Positions 62,980 to 64,000 of a stretch of DNA of 64,000 nucleotides are shown here, one piece after another. Source of the DNA: an uncultured Fibrobacteria bacterium. Lineage in GTDB: Bacteria > Fibrobacterota > Fibrobacteria > UBA11236. The notes under the pieces are model-generated. The model did not search any database and was not told the DNA's origin. It saw only the letters and a program-made list of their open reading frames with translations. Numbering within the stretch: the first letter of the stretch is position 1; every line of letters begins with the position of its first letter. The translations under genes and the position numbers were made by a program. The stretch spans positions 3,616,001 through 3,680,000 of the forward strand of contig OY970309.1 in NCBI GenBank assembly GCA_963716395.1. Reading direction: 5' to 3'.

Positions 62980-64000
62980 TCAGCGCTGCACATAATCCGA
63001 AGTCTTTGCCACCACCGTGACGCTTTTCTTATGAAAGGCATGCGGATGCCAGCCGGCCAGCAGGATCAAGGCCGCGAATCCCACCGTGTATCCCAGGGCC
63101 ACATGCCAACCGCGCCGCAACCAGCCGATGACGGAGCGGCCTTCGGGAAACAATCCCGTCAAGGCCACGCCCGCCGAAGATCCAAACCACATCATGGAGC
63201 CGCCGAAGCCGACGGCAAAAGCGACCACTCCCCAATCATAACCGCCTTGTTCCAGGGCCAATTTGGTGAGGGGGATGTTGTCGACCACGGCCGAAAGAAA
63301 TCCAAGACCCAATGTTGTAGACCACGATGCCCCCGGCAGATATTGAACCGGCAACAAGGAGGCTGAAAAAACCAGGGACAGCAGAAAAATCGCGCCCCGG
63401 GTGGCCGGGAACAATTCCTTCCAATGGGTTTTGCGGAACAAGGAGCCGATGGCAATGGCCACCCACACCCCCAAGGCAGGCATGCTCACCAAAATGTTGG
63501 CCAAGATGGCGCCTACCAGTATGAGAAGTACGATACCGGCCCGCACCCAATCGATGTGCAATCCTTTAGGCGCATCTTTGGCGATGGGTTGATAGCGATC
63601 CTGCTGCCACGAGGCGAAACCACCGAAAATCAGCACCGCGACGACGGCCCCCACATAAGCGTGGAGTACATCGGCGGGGCTCACGCCGTTCAACCATATC
63701 ATGGTGGTGGTGGTATCGCCGACCACGCTGCCGGCCCCGCCGGCGTTGCTGGCCGCCACGATGGCCGCCAAATATCCGATATGCACCTTGCGCTTGTAGA
63801 CCACTTCGGCCACGGCCCCGCCGATCAGGGCGGCAGCGATATTGTCGAGAAAACTGGAAATCACCATCACCGAGATCAAAAGGAGAAATCCGCCCTTCCA
63901 GTCGTCGGGCAACCAATGCGGTAAAAAGGCGGGGATTCCGCTTTCTTCGAAGTGCTTGGCCAACAAGGCAAAGCCGAGCAGCAAACCGAACAAATTGATG
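62980..64000 (-). CDS. ArsB/NhaD (IT superfamily) permease, 5' end beyond right edge
   Basis: SSFLDNIAAA, ASNAGGAGSVVGDTTTTM, SAVVDNIPLT, GGSMMWFGSSAGVA; multiple TM segments. Confidence 0.85.
   Translation of the reverse strand, partial: INLFGLLLGFALLAKHFEESGIPAFLPHWLPDDWKGGFLLLISVMVISSFLDNIAAALIGGAVAEVVYKRKVHIGYLAAIVAASNAGGAGSVVGDTTTTMIWLNGVSPADVLHAYVGAVVAVLIFGGFASWQQDRYQPIAKDAPKGLHIDWVRAGIVLLILVGAILANILVSMPALGVWVAIAIGSLFRKTHWKELFPATRGAIFLLSLVFSASLLPVQYLPGASWSTTLGLGFLSAVVDNIPLTKLALEQGGYDWGVVAFAVGFGGSMMWFGSSAGVALTGLFPEGRSVIGWLRRGWHVALGYTVGFAALILLAGWHPHAFHKKSVTVVAKTSDYVQR

Overview
GC-rich bacterial chromosomal window, mostly housekeeping and accessory genes. An FCB/Fibrobacterota-like host is my guess from gene content only. 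Left to right: a truncated hypothetical gene; comM with two tandem spoVG-like genes; a long, apparently domain-permuted glnE; a sulfotransferase; rsmG; a sigma54-type small ORF-LOG-beta-CASP operon; galT; an APH/AAA kinase; trxA; two pilT paralogues; a Czc/Cus RND efflux system with its two-component system; a biotin operon (bioD-bioF-bioH...bioC) interrupted by a PD-(D/E)XK nuclease plus Dam-family methylase; a frameshifted UDP-glucuronate decarboxylase; coaX, nadC, a class A PBP and gltX. Four tRNAs (fMet, Ala, Val, Ser) are interspersed. A ~14 kb nitrogen module carries a plant/fungal-like urease system (fused ureAB, ureC, ureD, ureF, His-rich ureG, no ureE) and urtABCDE, bracketed by two same-orientation [outer-membrane porin + P-II] units with no amtB. 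No CRISPR array, integrase, transposase or rRNA was seen. All family calls come from motif recognition by eye; no searches were run.
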